A stretch of 64,000 nt of DNA from Methanobacteriota archaeon (GCA_963720465.1 OY970393.1:1632001-1696000); one strand, 5' to 3'. Positions 9,745-20,706 are shown, counted from the first letter of the stretch. Notes: generated by a model not told the origin, from the letters alone. Numbers and translations: made by a program.

Positions 9745-11241
9745 ATGCGTCCCCATATGTCCACCGCAACGCCGCCTGTCCTATGGGTTTCTAACATGGC
9801 TACCGAGCAGAAGTTTGGAATGGATTTTGTCGGCGATATACCGTGGGGAACACACCTTTGTCAGTTCTACGAAACGAAGCGCGATTTGAGTGACATTTTG
9901 GTGCCCTACTTCGCTGAGGGTTTGAGAAGCAACGAAGCGTGCATGTGGATAACATCCGAGCCGCTGGGGGTAGAGGAGGCTACCGCGGCGCTCAAGAAGG
10001 CAGTCCCCGACATCGATCGGTTTATTAAAAGCCGGCAGCTTATCATTCTTCCCTATACGGAGTGGTACTTCAAAGGTGGAACGTTTGACGCAGACCGCGT
10101 CCTGCAGGGGTGGATTGAGAAGGAGAAGGAGGCATTGAACCGTGGCTTCGAAGGTTTGCGCCTCACAGGCAATACCTTTTGGATTGAAAGAGGCCTCTGG
10201 AACTATTTTGCCGACTATGAAGAGGTCATAAACAATGTCCTTGGAGCGCATCGGATCATCGCGGTATGTACCTATAGCTTGAGAAATTGCAATGGCAGCA
10301 ACGTCATAGATGTACTACGGAACCACGGCGGCACGATCATAAGAAAGGGCGCGACCTGGTCAGTGGTCGAGGATGTGGTCGTCCGCAAGGAAGCCGAGGT
10401 GGCGCTACAGGAAGCGCACAAAGAGATGCAGTCCCTCAACGAGGCGCACGAGGAGGTGCGCTCGCTCAATGAAGCGTTGCAGTCGACAAAAGAAGAGCTA
10501 ATGCACTATTCACAGCATCTCGAGGAGCTCATTGCAGAGCGTACTTCCCAGCTGAGAGGCGTCGAGCGCCTTGCTGGCATCGGCGAAACAGCAGCGATGA
10601 TCGGGCACGACCTCCGCAACCCGTTGCAGGGACTCCATTACATCGTCGACCTCCAGAAGCTACGGTTTGAGCGGGTCCCTCCTGAAAAGCGAGGTGCTGA
10701 CGATTGGAAGAATGAAGAGAAACTCTTTGATCGCATCAGCGAGCAGATCTTCTATATGGACAAGATTGTCGCGGATTTGCAAGACTATGCTCGGCCCATC
10801 GCCCCCGAGCGCGAAGTCGTGGCAGTGAGCGCGCTTATCAAAGACGTCCTCGCGTCACTCCCATACACTGACGACGTAAAGATCGTGTCCGACGTGAGCG
10901 ATCTCGAAGTCACCGTTGACCCGCATCTCGTGCACCGCGCGTTCGCCAACCTGATCCTAAACGCCCTGCAGGCGATGCCGGAGGGAGGTACGCTCACCAT
11001 TAATGCCTCTGCCTCCGATCACGCTGTTGCTATAAGCGTGCGCGACACAGGTGTGGGCATTCCCGAGGAGATGGAAGACAAACTCTTCTCCCCGCTTATC
11101 ACCGGCAAGGCGAAGGGCACCGGGTTGGGTTTGGCGGTGGTTAAGCGGATAGTCGACGCTCACGGCGGGACGATCACCTTTGAGAGCCAAGAGGGAAAAG
11201 GGACGACATTCACCGTTACTTTGCCCGAAACGAGTGAATGA
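9745..11241 (+). CDS. MEDS-domain sensor histidine kinase
   Basis: PWGTHLCQFYET...GLRLTGN...CTY (MEDS), coiled coil, GHDLRNPL H-box, GTGLGL G2 box. The true start may be 9796 (MATEQ). Confidence 0.92.
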   Translation: MRPHMSTATPPVLWVSNMATEQKFGMDFVGDIPWGTHLCQFYETKRDLSDILVPYFAEGLRSNEACMWITSEPLGVEEATAALKKAVPDIDRFIKSRQLIILPYTEWYFKGGTFDADRVLQGWIEKEKEALNRGFEGLRLTGNTFWIERGLWNYFADYEEVINNVLGAHRIIAVCTYSLRNCNGSNVIDVLRNHGGTIIRKGATWSVVEDVVVRKEAEVALQEAHKEMQSLNEAHEEVRSLNEALQSTKEELMHYSQHLEELIAERTSQLRGVERLAGIGETAAMIGHDLRNPLQGLHYIVDLQKLRFERVPPEKRGADDWKNEEKLFDRISEQIFYMDKIVADLQDYARPIAPEREVVAVSALIKDVLASLPYTDDVKIVSDVSDLEVTVDPHLVHRAFANLILNALQAMPEGGTLTINASASDHAVAISVRDTGVGIPEEMEDKLFSPLITGKAKGTGLGLAVVKRIVDAHGGTITFESQEGKGTTFTVTLPETSE

Positions 11242-11487
11242 GCGGCGTTGTGCGCAGGCTAATCCTGACTAACTGTGGCACCGCGCAGGGCTTTCAGGAA
11301 CCCGTTGCACAAGTTTTTAATATGAGTATGGCAAACTTTGGTAGGAAGTAAGCAACCTATTTCCGACATTAGCACTCCTCTCTATATAAGCTCACGGAGC
11401 TCAAAACGGGTCGCGTATGAAATGTCCTTTTCCTGACTGGAATTTTTTGCCTAACGGCGCCGCATTTAGTTTTTACCAATCACGGTT

Positions 11488-11937
11488 TTGCGCATGCTAA
11501 GTCGACGTGAACGCGAATTTCTTAACGACCTTGCGACTTTTCGTGACGATTTTCGACGTTTCGGCGGCGTTCGAGGTCTACGCATAACAGAAGAAGAGTA
11601 CGTCCGCGGAAAACTCGACGATATATACGGAAGTCGCTACGTTCTCGTACTGCGGAACCGGATTCGAAAGAGGGGCTCCGCAGCGTTGGACGACCTATTA
11701 GAACTCGCAACAGTAGACGCAGACGACCCTACCGCGGGACGGTCAGGGCCGCGTTCACTTGTGCCAGACAGATTTGAGTACAGGCTTCTCGAGATTATCC
11801 GAGCGTATCGGAAACGCACTGACTTCCGCGCATCGCGCCAGGTAGAAACGCTGATAGAGGAACTACAAGCTAGTGCCGACGAACTTCAACTAATCGACGC
11901 GATGGAAAACGGCGATGTTGCGGGCTTGAGGGAGTAA
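11488..11937 (+). CDS. Hypothetical protein
   Basis: 149-aa charged helical ORF beginning MLSRREREFL. Confidence 0.55.
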   Translation: MRMLSRREREFLNDLATFRDDFRRFGGVRGLRITEEEYVRGKLDDIYGSRYVLVLRNRIRKRGSAALDDLLELATVDADDPTAGRSGPRSLVPDRFEYRLLEIIRAYRKRTDFRASRQVETLIEELQASADELQLIDAMENGDVAGLRE

Positions 11938-12430
11938 AGTCATAAATTAGCTGCGCGTTTCCTTGTCTTTTCTGGACGAATGAACAATGAGCTGGTTCTT
12001 GTTCCAATACCGCGCTAGCGCGAACTCGCACTGCTAGCGTGTAAATCACCAGCAAGATTCCTCGGCGGTCGAGTGCCGAGCATAGAGATTCCAGTATGTT
12101 TCTTCGTCGATCTCCCTCGCAATCGAACCACGCCCTGCAGAAGCTTGAGCCGCGGCCGTGAACGGACCGCGACAGTTTGCGACACCACTGCCCGTAAGGA
12201 GAAGCCGTCGTGGTGTTGCAAGCGTAAGTTTCGGCGGTGCGACATAAGTGTTACCGCAGGAGCTAGGCTTTGGGTCAAATCTTACCAAGTACGCGAGGTG
12301 AAAAGCCAGAGCCGCCACTTACCTATAGTTTTACGACAGAAACAGTAGAAGCTACAAGACAACTGTGTTTTAACGGTTGATCGCGGGTCAGGAACGTGCG
12401 AAAGTCATACTGCAGCAGTGAGGCGTCAGC

Positions 12431-12943
12431 GTGACCGCGCGAAGCGCCTCGCGGGTCATTTGGTGGATCATCATTGCGTTCGGCCTTGGGGTAGGGGCTG
12501 TGCTCCTCCTACTGGGCTATTACCTGTTCGGAGTGATCATCGGCGGATTTGCTGTCTTGCGCCTGATGTATTCGCTTTCTCTACCCAATAGGCGTGGGCC
12601 GACGTGGTTGCCGCCTGTGAGTGATTCTGAACGAGCCCTGCTGCGGTCAATGGCTCGAGATGAGTTTCTTGTTGCTGCGGGCGCGATGGGGATGAGCGGT
12701 GGGCAGCTACTACAGGACTTCAACGGTGGCATGTCCATCGCCGAGATGGCTGCCAGCGCGAGCGTAGGGTTGGAACCGATAATCGATGCTATTGTCAACT
12801 ATGCTTCAGGCCGGATCGACCGAGCGGTCGCGCAGGGATCAGTCGAGAAGGATGAGGGTAATTCAGCAAAATCTAAGTTACGCCCGTGGGCCGGGCGACT
12901 GGTCAACATCCGTAAGCGGGACCTCCCGAGTAGCCGATATTGA
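12431..12943 (+). CDS. Hypothetical membrane protein (2 N-terminal TM helices plus a helical soluble domain)
   Basis: Hydrophobic N-terminus followed by a GMSIAEMAA-type helical segment. Confidence 0.65.
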   Translation: MTARSASRVIWWIIIAFGLGVGAVLLLLGYYLFGVIIGGFAVLRLMYSLSLPNRRGPTWLPPVSDSERALLRSMARDEFLVAAGAMGMSGGQLLQDFNGGMSIAEMAASASVGLEPIIDAIVNYASGRIDRAVAQGSVEKDEGNSAKSKLRPWAGRLVNIRKRDLPSSRY

Positions 12944-13067
12944 AGGCAGCAGTTAATTCCAGCGAACCCTGATCGGCAACCGCGTAGGAGCAGAACTTTG
13001 GCCCTTTTCCGTCGTTTAACAGCAGTTAAGCTTTTATTTGCACTCGGTTTCTTCTTAAGCGATCGCT

Positions 13068-13382
13068 ATGTTGTCTATTGACGTGTTGTATTACGAGGAC
13101 TGCCCGCATTACAAAGAGGCAGCAGACACCCTCAAACAAGTTCTCGAGGAGGAGCACGTTGAAGCGAGGGTGAATATGGTAAAAGTCGCAAAAGGCGGGG
13201 AAGCAGAGGTGGTTGGCTTCCTTGGCTCGCCTACGATTTTGGTCGACGGGCACGATGTGCAGCGAGGAACGGACCGCACGTCCCCGTTTCAAGGACACTG
13301 CAGGATTTTCACATACAAGGGACACGTATTTGAAATTCCGCCAAAAGACATGATTCGAGAGGCGGTTAAGCGGTTCGCGTGA
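13068..13382 (+). CDS. Thioredoxin-fold protein (DUF2703-like)
   Basis: IDVLYYEDCPHY...GFLGSPTILVDG...CRIF pattern. Confidence 0.8.
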   Translation: MLSIDVLYYEDCPHYKEAADTLKQVLEEEHVEARVNMVKVAKGGEAEVVGFLGSPTILVDGHDVQRGTDRTSPFQGHCRIFTYKGHVFEIPPKDMIREAVKRFA

Positions 13383-13545
13383 GCGAGAAACGCGACGGCG
13401 ACCGGTACGGCAATTTATAGAGATAGACAACAGCTAGAGACTTGCTATCATGCCATGGCGAATATGTTTCGCTTACGAAATGCCTGAACCTTCGTGAAAG
13501 CTTGGCAGAACATCTTGAGGCGCTCGCGAGAAAAACGCACGGGTG

Positions 13546-13977
13546 CTAAAGAGAACCAAAAGTTACAATGATCCATTCCCTTATCTCGTCACGCACGCGC
13601 CTAAAAGACGTGCACGGTGCACTTTGAGGCCCCGCATCTGCAAGGGGATCGTCAAAAGCGTGATGGATGTACTTGGTCCCTCCGGGGATAATGGCTCCGG
13701 GGAAAATGGGGCATCTCTCTTGGGCGTCAGCACACATGGTCACGACGTAGTCAAAGGATGCGTCGAGATACTCGTCGAGTGGCTTTGCGCGTTGAGAGGC
13801 AATATCGATGTTCTTCTCTGCCATCACTTCGATAGCACACGGGTGGACTTCTGTCGGTTCGCTGCCGGCGCTGTACGCCTCGTAACGATCACCGTATAAG
13901 GCGTTTACGAACCCTTCAGCCATCTGCGAGCGTGCTGCGTTGTGCGTGCATAAGAATAGAATTTTCCGCTTATTCAT
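13546..13977 (-). CDS. arsC: Arsenate reductase, LMW-PTP type
   Basis: P-loop CTHNAARSQMAE, SAGSEP, VVTMC...CPIFPG, FDDP, FRRVRDEI. Confidence 0.9.
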   Translation of the reverse strand: MNKRKILFLCTHNAARSQMAEGFVNALYGDRYEAYSAGSEPTEVHPCAIEVMAEKNIDIASQRAKPLDEYLDASFDYVVTMCADAQERCPIFPGAIIPGGTKYIHHAFDDPLADAGPQSAPCTSFRRVRDEIREWIIVTFGSL

Positions 13978-14826
13978 TTTCTAATACCTGTCAGGCACAG
14001 GTTCAATATCGGTACAAATAACCTCTGAGCCCAAACTACGTAGTCTCTATAGAAGAGTGCGACCAACGCACTGGGAACCTTGTCGGAGCTTACTGAGGGA
14101 AAACGATCGCTATGTCAAGACGGGGGATTTCGCGTAACGGTTCTGCATGCATCAGCATTGCTCGCACTGAGCGACACAAGCGTTGGGATGAACAAGACAA
14201 ATTCTGAAGCTCCTCCGGTGCCGCACCCGAGAATGGAGGGTACCATCCAGGCATAAACGTCTCCCTAATTAGCACAAAACAAGGTCATTTGCGTGATTCT
14301 AAGTTGCTTAGCGTTTCATACAGATCGGCACGCGTACGCCGTGTCTGCTGTCGTTCGTAATCAAAAATATTGAAGAAAGGGAGCTAACGCGAAGAAAAGC
14401 TCTAAAATCAAGGGGGGCTCAGTAATCCGTGGGAATCGCCTGACGAACACGTTTAGAGGTTAGCCACGTATGATATCGCTGAGCAACGAGAGCGAAGCTG
14501 CGGTAACAAAAGGTTTCGATTCGCGATCGTGGTTGCGACGATGCAGTTCGCAACGACGGTCAGGGCTCCCGGAGATCTAGCCGGACAAATTCTTTTTTGC
14601 AGATCGTTTCCGCGAGCCATTTCTGAAAAAAGCGACGGATACCCCATGCACTGCCCCGCCGCTTCCAAGGAGATGATATCACTCCTTACAAGTCTCTGGG
14701 TCGGTAAGGGTACTTAGCGATGTCGGTTTGGCTGCGGTGCCGACAGGGTCAAGCCAGCCGACGTGCGCGCGATTGCACACAAACGTCGGTGCTGAGCGTT
14801 GACCTCGGGGCATGCATGCGCCGCAA

Positions 14827-15702
14827 TTACTTGAGATATGTGCCGAAGAAAGTGCATACCTTCGCCCACGCATCATCTCTCGCGGCGGCATTTGCGCTCT
14901 CAGTGCCGCCAATGGCCATGTCGCCGGCACCGATCGGCCTAGCCGGCGCAAGTCGGCTCGGCCCTGCAAGTAGGTGCCCCGCGCCATCGTAAGAGAAATG
15001 GTGAAAGGGAAAGACGAACTGACGCTTTCTGAGTCGTTCGACGACGTGCTCGCACATCGTGCTCGACGGCCAAATGGCGTCATCCGTCCCAGAAACTATC
15101 AAAATGGGGCCGTTGATGCGTTCGACGGGAATGAGGGCGCGCTCGACCGCTGGCCAATCCTGAAGGCTGCCGAGATACAACCCCAAGTAAAAGCCATATC
15201 GCTCTATGAAGTCGTCGTCAATTCGGAAGGGCACGAAGGGCACCGGCTTTCCATCTAGTGTCCAGGATGATTTCGACGCCGATGCATCCGACCACCTCTC
15301 ATCGATACCCTGCCAGACAACGTGACTCGGGGAGTACGCCACGACTGCACGGATCTCTGCGTAGGTGGCGCCTACCAGCAGCGCAGCTTCGCCGCCTTTC
15401 GACGTGCCCACAAGACTGATGTTGCTTGAATCAACCGACGGCTGCGCGCGCATCCATTCTATTGCCCGCTTGAAGTACTCGAGCGGTATCTCCTGAAGCT
15501 GATCGGGAAGGTGCTCCAGCCCAAAGTACGCGAGCGCGAGCGCCGCGTATCCCCGCTCTGCGAGGAGCGAGCCGACCGCGCTCGGACTATTCAAGCCGCC
15601 GCCCGCGCCACCTAAGATGATAATTCCTGGGCGCGTGCCAGACGTTGACGGTCGGTGGAAGTTGGCCACCAGGCCATTCTCTCTCACTGCGCTAGGTTCC
15701 AT
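14827..15702 (-). CDS. Acyl-CoA thioester hydrolase / BAAT C-terminal family alpha/beta hydrolase
   Basis: LAYFG...EIPLEYF, nucleophile GTSKGGE, DDAIWPS, GAGH. Confidence 0.88.
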   Translation of the reverse strand: MEPSAVRENGLVANFHRPSTSGTRPGIIILGGAGGGLNSPSAVGSLLAERGYAALALAYFGLEHLPDQLQEIPLEYFKRAIEWMRAQPSVDSSNISLVGTSKGGEAALLVGATYAEIRAVVAYSPSHVVWQGIDERWSDASASKSSWTLDGKPVPFVPFRIDDDFIERYGFYLGLYLGSLQDWPAVERALIPVERINGPILIVSGTDDAIWPSSTMCEHVVERLRKRQFVFPFHHFSYDGAGHLLAGPSRLAPARPIGAGDMAIGGTESANAAARDDAWAKVCTFFGTYLK

Positions 15703-15892
15703 AAAACCACTGGCCCGCCATACGTTTTGACATGGTAAAAGCCTATGTGAAGAGATCGATGCACAGGAGTCTCCGCACAACAAACAGAGTCGCGGTTAGT
15801 TACTCGTGCATCACTCCAGACATTGGCAGTCCACTTTGACGGCGACGGCAAACTGTTTAATGGAAAAACTCGCTATGCTGTGCAACGCAAAG

Positions 15893-16699
15893 ATGAACGA
15901 ACTTCAGAGCCGATGGGCGTTACCCGACTTACAAAGCGCAGTCGCTTGGTGTTCGCGGAGGAACACTCAAAACATCCGGTGTGTCATCGACGTGCTCGGG
16001 GAATACGCGCGCGAAGAAAGCCAGGCTGCTAGCTCTGTTGAGGCTTATATGGCTGCTGCGAAGGCTATTGCCAACTGCAGGTTAGCTTCATCGTTAACCG
16101 TCAAATTGAGCGCTTTGGGGGCGCTCTTTGACCATGAACGCTGCTGGAAAAACGTGCAGACAATCGCCCGAGAGGCGGCACGCCGTGGCGTCGGATTCGA
16201 AGTCGATATGGAAGGGCAAAGCCTCGTCACATACACAATTGACGTTGCCGCAGCGTGCGCAGAAAAGCGGCGTATTAGCCTGGCGCTGCAGGCATACCTT
16301 GACCGCTCACGTGATGACGTTTTGCGCGCGTCGGAGTCCGGTATCACCGTTCGGATCGTAAAAGGAGCGTACTCTGGATCAACTGCGGACTTTGCTGATA
16401 TTCAGGAGCGTTTCAAGCAGCTATCAAAGGTCCTGTGCGCGACGGCTACTTTTTTTACTGTCGGAACACATGATCCAGACCTGATTGAGTGGATGACTGC
16501 GAAGATGGAAGGGAAGAAGGACTTAATCGAGTTTGGCTTTCTCAAAGGTCTCGCTGATCGCACGAAGGTTGCGATGGCCAAGGAGGGGTGGCTCGTCTCG
16601 GAATACGTGCCGTTTGGCAAGAATCGCACGGCGTACGAGGCGAGGCGGCGAAAATACCTTAAGGAGCTTGAGAGTTTGGGACGTATCCCCGCTCCATAG
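15893..16699 (+). CDS. Monofunctional proline dehydrogenase family protein
   Basis: DVLGE, VKLSALG, VDME, LQAYL, RIVKGAY, GTHD and EYVPFG motifs. Confidence 0.85.
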   Translation: MNELQSRWALPDLQSAVAWCSRRNTQNIRCVIDVLGEYAREESQAASSVEAYMAAAKAIANCRLASSLTVKLSALGALFDHERCWKNVQTIAREAARRGVGFEVDMEGQSLVTYTIDVAAACAEKRRISLALQAYLDRSRDDVLRASESGITVRIVKGAYSGSTADFADIQERFKQLSKVLCATATFFTVGTHDPDLIEWMTAKMEGKKDLIEFGFLKGLADRTKVAMAKEGWLVSEYVPFGKNRTAYEARRRKYLKELESLGRIPAP

Positions 16700-17016
16700 G
16701 CGCCACGAAGGCGCGCCTGGAAATTTTGGCGCCCGGCGACACGTCTCAAGGATCTAGGGCGCCAATTTTCTTAGAAGGCCGTACCCTCCCGTTCCGAACG
16801 TAAACGCTGCTGCCGCAATGAGCTTGCGATTTCAGCGAAGTGTTTCTGCTTAGCCCAGCTGTCCGTTTGATTCTAGCGTGTCGCCGACGCGCGAGGCGTG
16901 CTTTCGGGCTATTAGCGTTTCTGTGCATGCGCCTTGATATAAGCTCCGCTCATTTGTAGTTCAGTGCGTCGATGCGGACGTTTAAGTACGTGAGCTCGCG
17001 CGCAGGAGGAGATAGG

Positions 17017-17532
17017 TTAGACCCATCGCCCAACTATGCCTGAGATTATCGACTCTAATCCGAAGATTATCAGGAACACCGCGAGCAGGAACACGAGCGT
17101 TGCCAAGCCGAGCCCTGGGAATATTATCACGACAAAGCCTATGATAATTCCGAGTATCCCGACGATGATGCCTCCTGCTGTACCGCGCGCAGCGCTCGCT
17201 ATTCCGGCGAACAACAATGCTAAGCCCAACAGATAGACAAGCGTCAGTGATCCGTAGATTAACGGATTGTCGATTACCAAGGCGGCGATAATAATCGTTA
17301 GTACTGATAGAATCAGGTTGAGTAGCCGTCGCCATCCGGAAATGCCTTTTGCAAATACTCGTATGAAGTAAGCAATTCCTAGAACGATCAGCGCGATTGA
17401 TAGGAATAATATGAGCGTTAGTACTGCCACTCCTGGATATGCGATGACGTAGCCGGCGAGGACAAGAATGATAAGACCTGCAATGATCTCAAGGATTCGC
17501 AGCCATATGGAGCTCTTTTTTTCGTCAGCCAT
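17017..17532 (-). CDS. HdeD/DUF308 family membrane protein, copy 1
   Basis: WLRILEIIAGLIILVL...YPG repeats, about 6 TM helices; RBS GGAGGTGA. Confidence 0.85.
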   Translation of the reverse strand: MADEKKSSIWLRILEIIAGLIILVLAGYVIAYPGVAVLTLILFLSIALIVLGIAYFIRVFAKGISGWRRLLNLILSVLTIIIAALVIDNPLIYGSLTLVYLLGLALLFAGIASAARGTAGGIIVGILGIIIGFVVIIFPGLGLATLVFLLAVFLIIFGLESIISGIVGRWV

Positions 17533-17577
17533 TTCAATTTTCACCTCCCTTCACGTTCTTTGTAAGTCAAGATTCAA

Positions 17578-17607
17578 TTTATGGGTTGCCGCGCTTATAT
17601 TGGTTCC
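17578..17607 (-). promoter_or_regulatory. Conserved TATA-containing promoter upstream of HdeD copy 1
   Basis: Minus strand GGAACCAATATAAGCGCGGCAACCCATAAA; 26/30 identical to 18365-18394. Confidence 0.65.
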
Positions 17608-17768
17608 GGTTTGCACCGCGCGGCGCATAGTGCTGGCTTTGCGCTACTCTCTTCGCCGTTCTCTTAGTGCCAGAGGCCCGCTGATGGCTACAGCAAACGG
17701 AACAACTGAGACTGTCGCATAAAGGATTCGTGCCTATTGCGAAAAAAAGAAAAGGGCAAGCGGCGTGG

Positions 17769-18320
17769 TTAGCCGCCGCTTCTACTGCCAGCTCCTGCGA
17801 CGATGAGTTGAATCCCAAACAGGAGGAAAACTAACGCCACTAAAGCGACTAAAAGCGCAGTGCCGATGCCGGGGAATACGATGACGGCAATAGCAACTAT
17901 GAGCGCTATTATTCCGAGACCCATACTGCCCCAGCGGACCCACGAAGGTGCTCCTTCTGCCGCAGAATAGCCTGCAAACGATATCCTTCCTATCGCGTTG
18001 AGCAACAACGCTACAGCGAACAGAAATATAAGGGTCGCTTCGCCGAAGCTCGTGTAAACGATTGCTGCAATCCCCAAAATCAGCACGATAATGCCGAGTA
18101 TGAGGTTGAGTATTTTGCCAGCCGTCGAAAGTGCCTGTGAAGTAGCTCCGCGGATCGCAAGAGCGAGACCTAGGATGATCAATCCGACGCCTAGAAGGAC
18201 TCTCAGCAAGCTTATCGCAACGTTGGGATTGAAAAGAATGTACACTGCTAAAATAAGAACGATAATACCGGCAATGATCTCTAGGATTCGAGCCCACATT
18301 GGGGTACCTCTTTGTGCCAT
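17769..18320 (-). CDS. HdeD/DUF308 family membrane protein, copy 2
   Basis: WARILEIIAGIIVLIL...FNP; close paralog of both neighbours. Confidence 0.85.
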   Translation of the reverse strand: MAQRGTPMWARILEIIAGIIVLILAVYILFNPNVAISLLRVLLGVGLIILGLALAIRGATSQALSTAGKILNLILGIIVLILGIAAIVYTSFGEATLIFLFAVALLLNAIGRISFAGYSAAEGAPSWVRWGSMGLGIIALIVAIAVIVFPGIGTALLVALVALVFLLFGIQLIVAGAGSRSGG

Positions 18321-18364
18321 TTTTACTTGTCACCTCCATTGATTTTTAGAACTCTAAGTTAGTT

Positions 18365-18394
18365 TTTATGTGCTGCCGGGTTTATATTGGTTCC
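18365..18394 (-). promoter_or_regulatory. Conserved TATA-containing promoter upstream of HdeD copy 2
   Basis: Minus strand GGAACCAATATAAACCCGGCAGCACATAAA. Confidence 0.65.
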
Positions 18395-18557
18395 TATTTG
18401 GCCGCAGCCTGTTTGGCGGCCTTCTAAGTAACCCCCGAGCGCTCGTTTTCCTTAAGAGACCACGCCTGAATAAATGGCCTAATGTGGAATCTGATGTTTC
18501 GCGCGAAAAAACCGCAACTGAGAAGCCGTAGAAAAAAAGGAAGCGGTTATAACCGCT

Positions 18558-19097
18558 TCAGCTCGCCGCCCCAGAGACAATGAGCTCAATCCCTAGCAAG
18601 AGCAGGGCCACAGCGACTAAGACGACGAGAAGTGCAAAGCCAATCCCTGGGAAAACGATTACGGCTATAGCGATTATGAGCGCTATGATACCAAGGGCGA
18701 AGCTCGCCCCTCGTACCGATGCTGGAAGTCCGGCACCAGTCGCGTATCCGGCGTACGATATCCTACCAATCGCGTTAAGCAATAACCCGATGGCGAAGAC
18801 GGTAACCAAGAGCGCAGAGCCGAACCCTGTATCAAAGATAGCCGCAACCCCCAATACTAGCACGATAATCCCTAGTATGATGCTTATCACTTTGCCGCCC
18901 GTAGCAAGCATCTTTGATGTTGCCCCGCGAACAAGAAGGGCGAGGCCCAAGATCACTAATGCGACGCCTAGAATGATTCTGAGTGAAGCTATAGCAACAC
19001 TAGGATTGAAAATGAGGTAAACTGCAAGAAGAAGAACAATGATACCGGCGATGATCTCTACAATGCGAAGCCAGATTGGGTGCGTTTTCTCTGCCAT
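18558..19097 (-). CDS. HdeD/DUF308 family membrane protein, copy 3
   Basis: MAEKTHPIWLRIVEIIAG...; RBS GGAGGTGA; aligns end to end with copy 2. Confidence 0.85.
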   Translation of the reverse strand: MAEKTHPIWLRIVEIIAGIIVLLLAVYLIFNPSVAIASLRIILGVALVILGLALLVRGATSKMLATGGKVISIILGIIVLVLGVAAIFDTGFGSALLVTVFAIGLLLNAIGRISYAGYATGAGLPASVRGASFALGIIALIIAIAVIVFPGIGFALLVVLVAVALLLLGIELIVSGAAS

Positions 19098-19873
19098 TTT
19101 TCTTTCACCTCCTTTTGGATGGGTTTGGTCATAGGATGGCGTCGCGAGTTTATCTGTGTTTACCATTTCCTTCAGAAATACAACCCACTTCCGCTGCGTT
19201 TTCGGCGCATTCAGAAGTGCATCACAAGCCCGGCATAGCACGCAGTAGTTTTGAACATGGCTACTTCATTGCCCTCCGCAGCTGTCGTTGTGTGACATCA
19301 CGTCACTGCACTTCGCATTCACACAAAGCGTGACAGACAAGTGTAACAAACCTTCTTATACCGTCGCGCAAAAAGAAACGTGCCAAGACCGCTCAACGCG
19401 GTATTGTTGCAGCGCCACACGTGATGTTGCTTCCTTAAAAAGTGTTCTTAAAACGAACCATGACCTCAGTTTGGTAGCACTGCCCCAAAGGAGAAGTTTG
19501 AATATGTGGCGCTGCCTCCTCTCTTTTTTTGCGGCCGTTAAGGCCTTTTCTGATTAGCGCGAAGAGCGGGAGCTGTGACTCGCTGTCAACGTCATTTTTA
19601 TCGAAATCAAACTTGCTTACTTGTAACACTTTAGACAAAAGCTAGCGACTGACATGCCCGTTAGCTCGCGCCGAGTGTGCCGGTCCCTCGACACACGCTC
19701 AAAAACTGAGGGGGTAGCTACTTGCACGCAATTGTTACATGGCAATTGCAATCAAAAAAGGCTCTGGCGCTCGGAGAATGCAATTTAAAGCAATTTTTAG
19801 CCTCCAAGTCGTTTAAGACGTCCAAATAGACAGACTAATAAAGTACGTTGACGATACAGCGGTAAGTGATCTA

Positions 19874-20209
19874 ATGGACACAGTGGATATCGAGCAAATC
19901 TACAAGAAGCTGCAGACGGATTGGGCCGACTGGACTGATGCTGACGATCAATGCATATCAATATGCAAAAAAGAGCTTATGGCTTCAATACAAGCAATAA
20001 ATGCTTACCTCGTCAGGTACGATCTCAAGACGAGAATAGAAGAGGACCCTACCCCTAAAGTGTGCGAGTTTTGCGGGAAGACGTACAAGGGGGCGGATCC
20101 AGTGTGCAAGAATTGTCTACTGAACATTAAGTTCAGACTCCGCAGGCTCAGCTGCTTGTTGAACGAAGATGACATACGAAAAGTATACACGGAACCGGTA
20201 GTACTATAG
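19874..20209 (+). CDS. Hypothetical protein with a CxxC-x10-CxxC zinc finger
   Basis: CEFCGKTYKGADPVCKNC. Confidence 0.6.
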   Translation: MDTVDIEQIYKKLQTDWADWTDADDQCISICKKELMASIQAINAYLVRYDLKTRIEEDPTPKVCEFCGKTYKGADPVCKNCLLNIKFRLRRLSCLLNEDDIRKVYTEPVVL

Positions 20210-20706
20210 GTCAGCCCCCCCTCAGAACTTTCGGATCCTCCAAAAAATTCCTCCTCATTTTTCGATGGGTCTAAAAACAGTGAAGTTGCGCCTATGCACA
20301 CCTCGATCACACTTGGCCACGACCTGGGTTCAGATCTAAGCCTGCGTCTGTGGCTGGGTTTTCATAGGAGCGCGACAGCACGTGCGGGGTGTCTAATGAA
20401 GCCGTTTTTGTGGAGCAAATCGACATGGTGGAATCGGCCTGATCGCACAGCAAAGGCGTAAAGGACTTGCTATAGCCGCGATAGCCATAATTTCTGGTCT
20501 GGTTCTCATCTACGTAGCCAACAATATATTGAGCGCCGCCGCCCTAAGCCAAGCGTTTGCCGCCTATATCGGGGTATTTGCGGTCGCAGCGGGGATACTA
20601 TACGGCACAAGCACGCTCCTCGTCTCTGAGTGAGTTCATTGGATTTCGCAGACCCTCTAGCCAACGGTTGGGATTCTCTATCCGAGACGGGAAAAAGCGA
20701 ACGCCC

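Noticed and set aside
16720-16770. Inverted repeat GAAATTTTGGCGCCC...GGGCGCCAATTTTC between convergent genes
   Set aside because: Single copy with no target-site duplication; at most a hairpin or terminator, not a MITE.
20315-20348. GGCCACGACCTGGGTTCAGATCTAAGCCTGCG, vaguely like a tRNA 3' end
   Set aside because: T-loop and stem mismatches and no anticodon arm; too degenerate to call.
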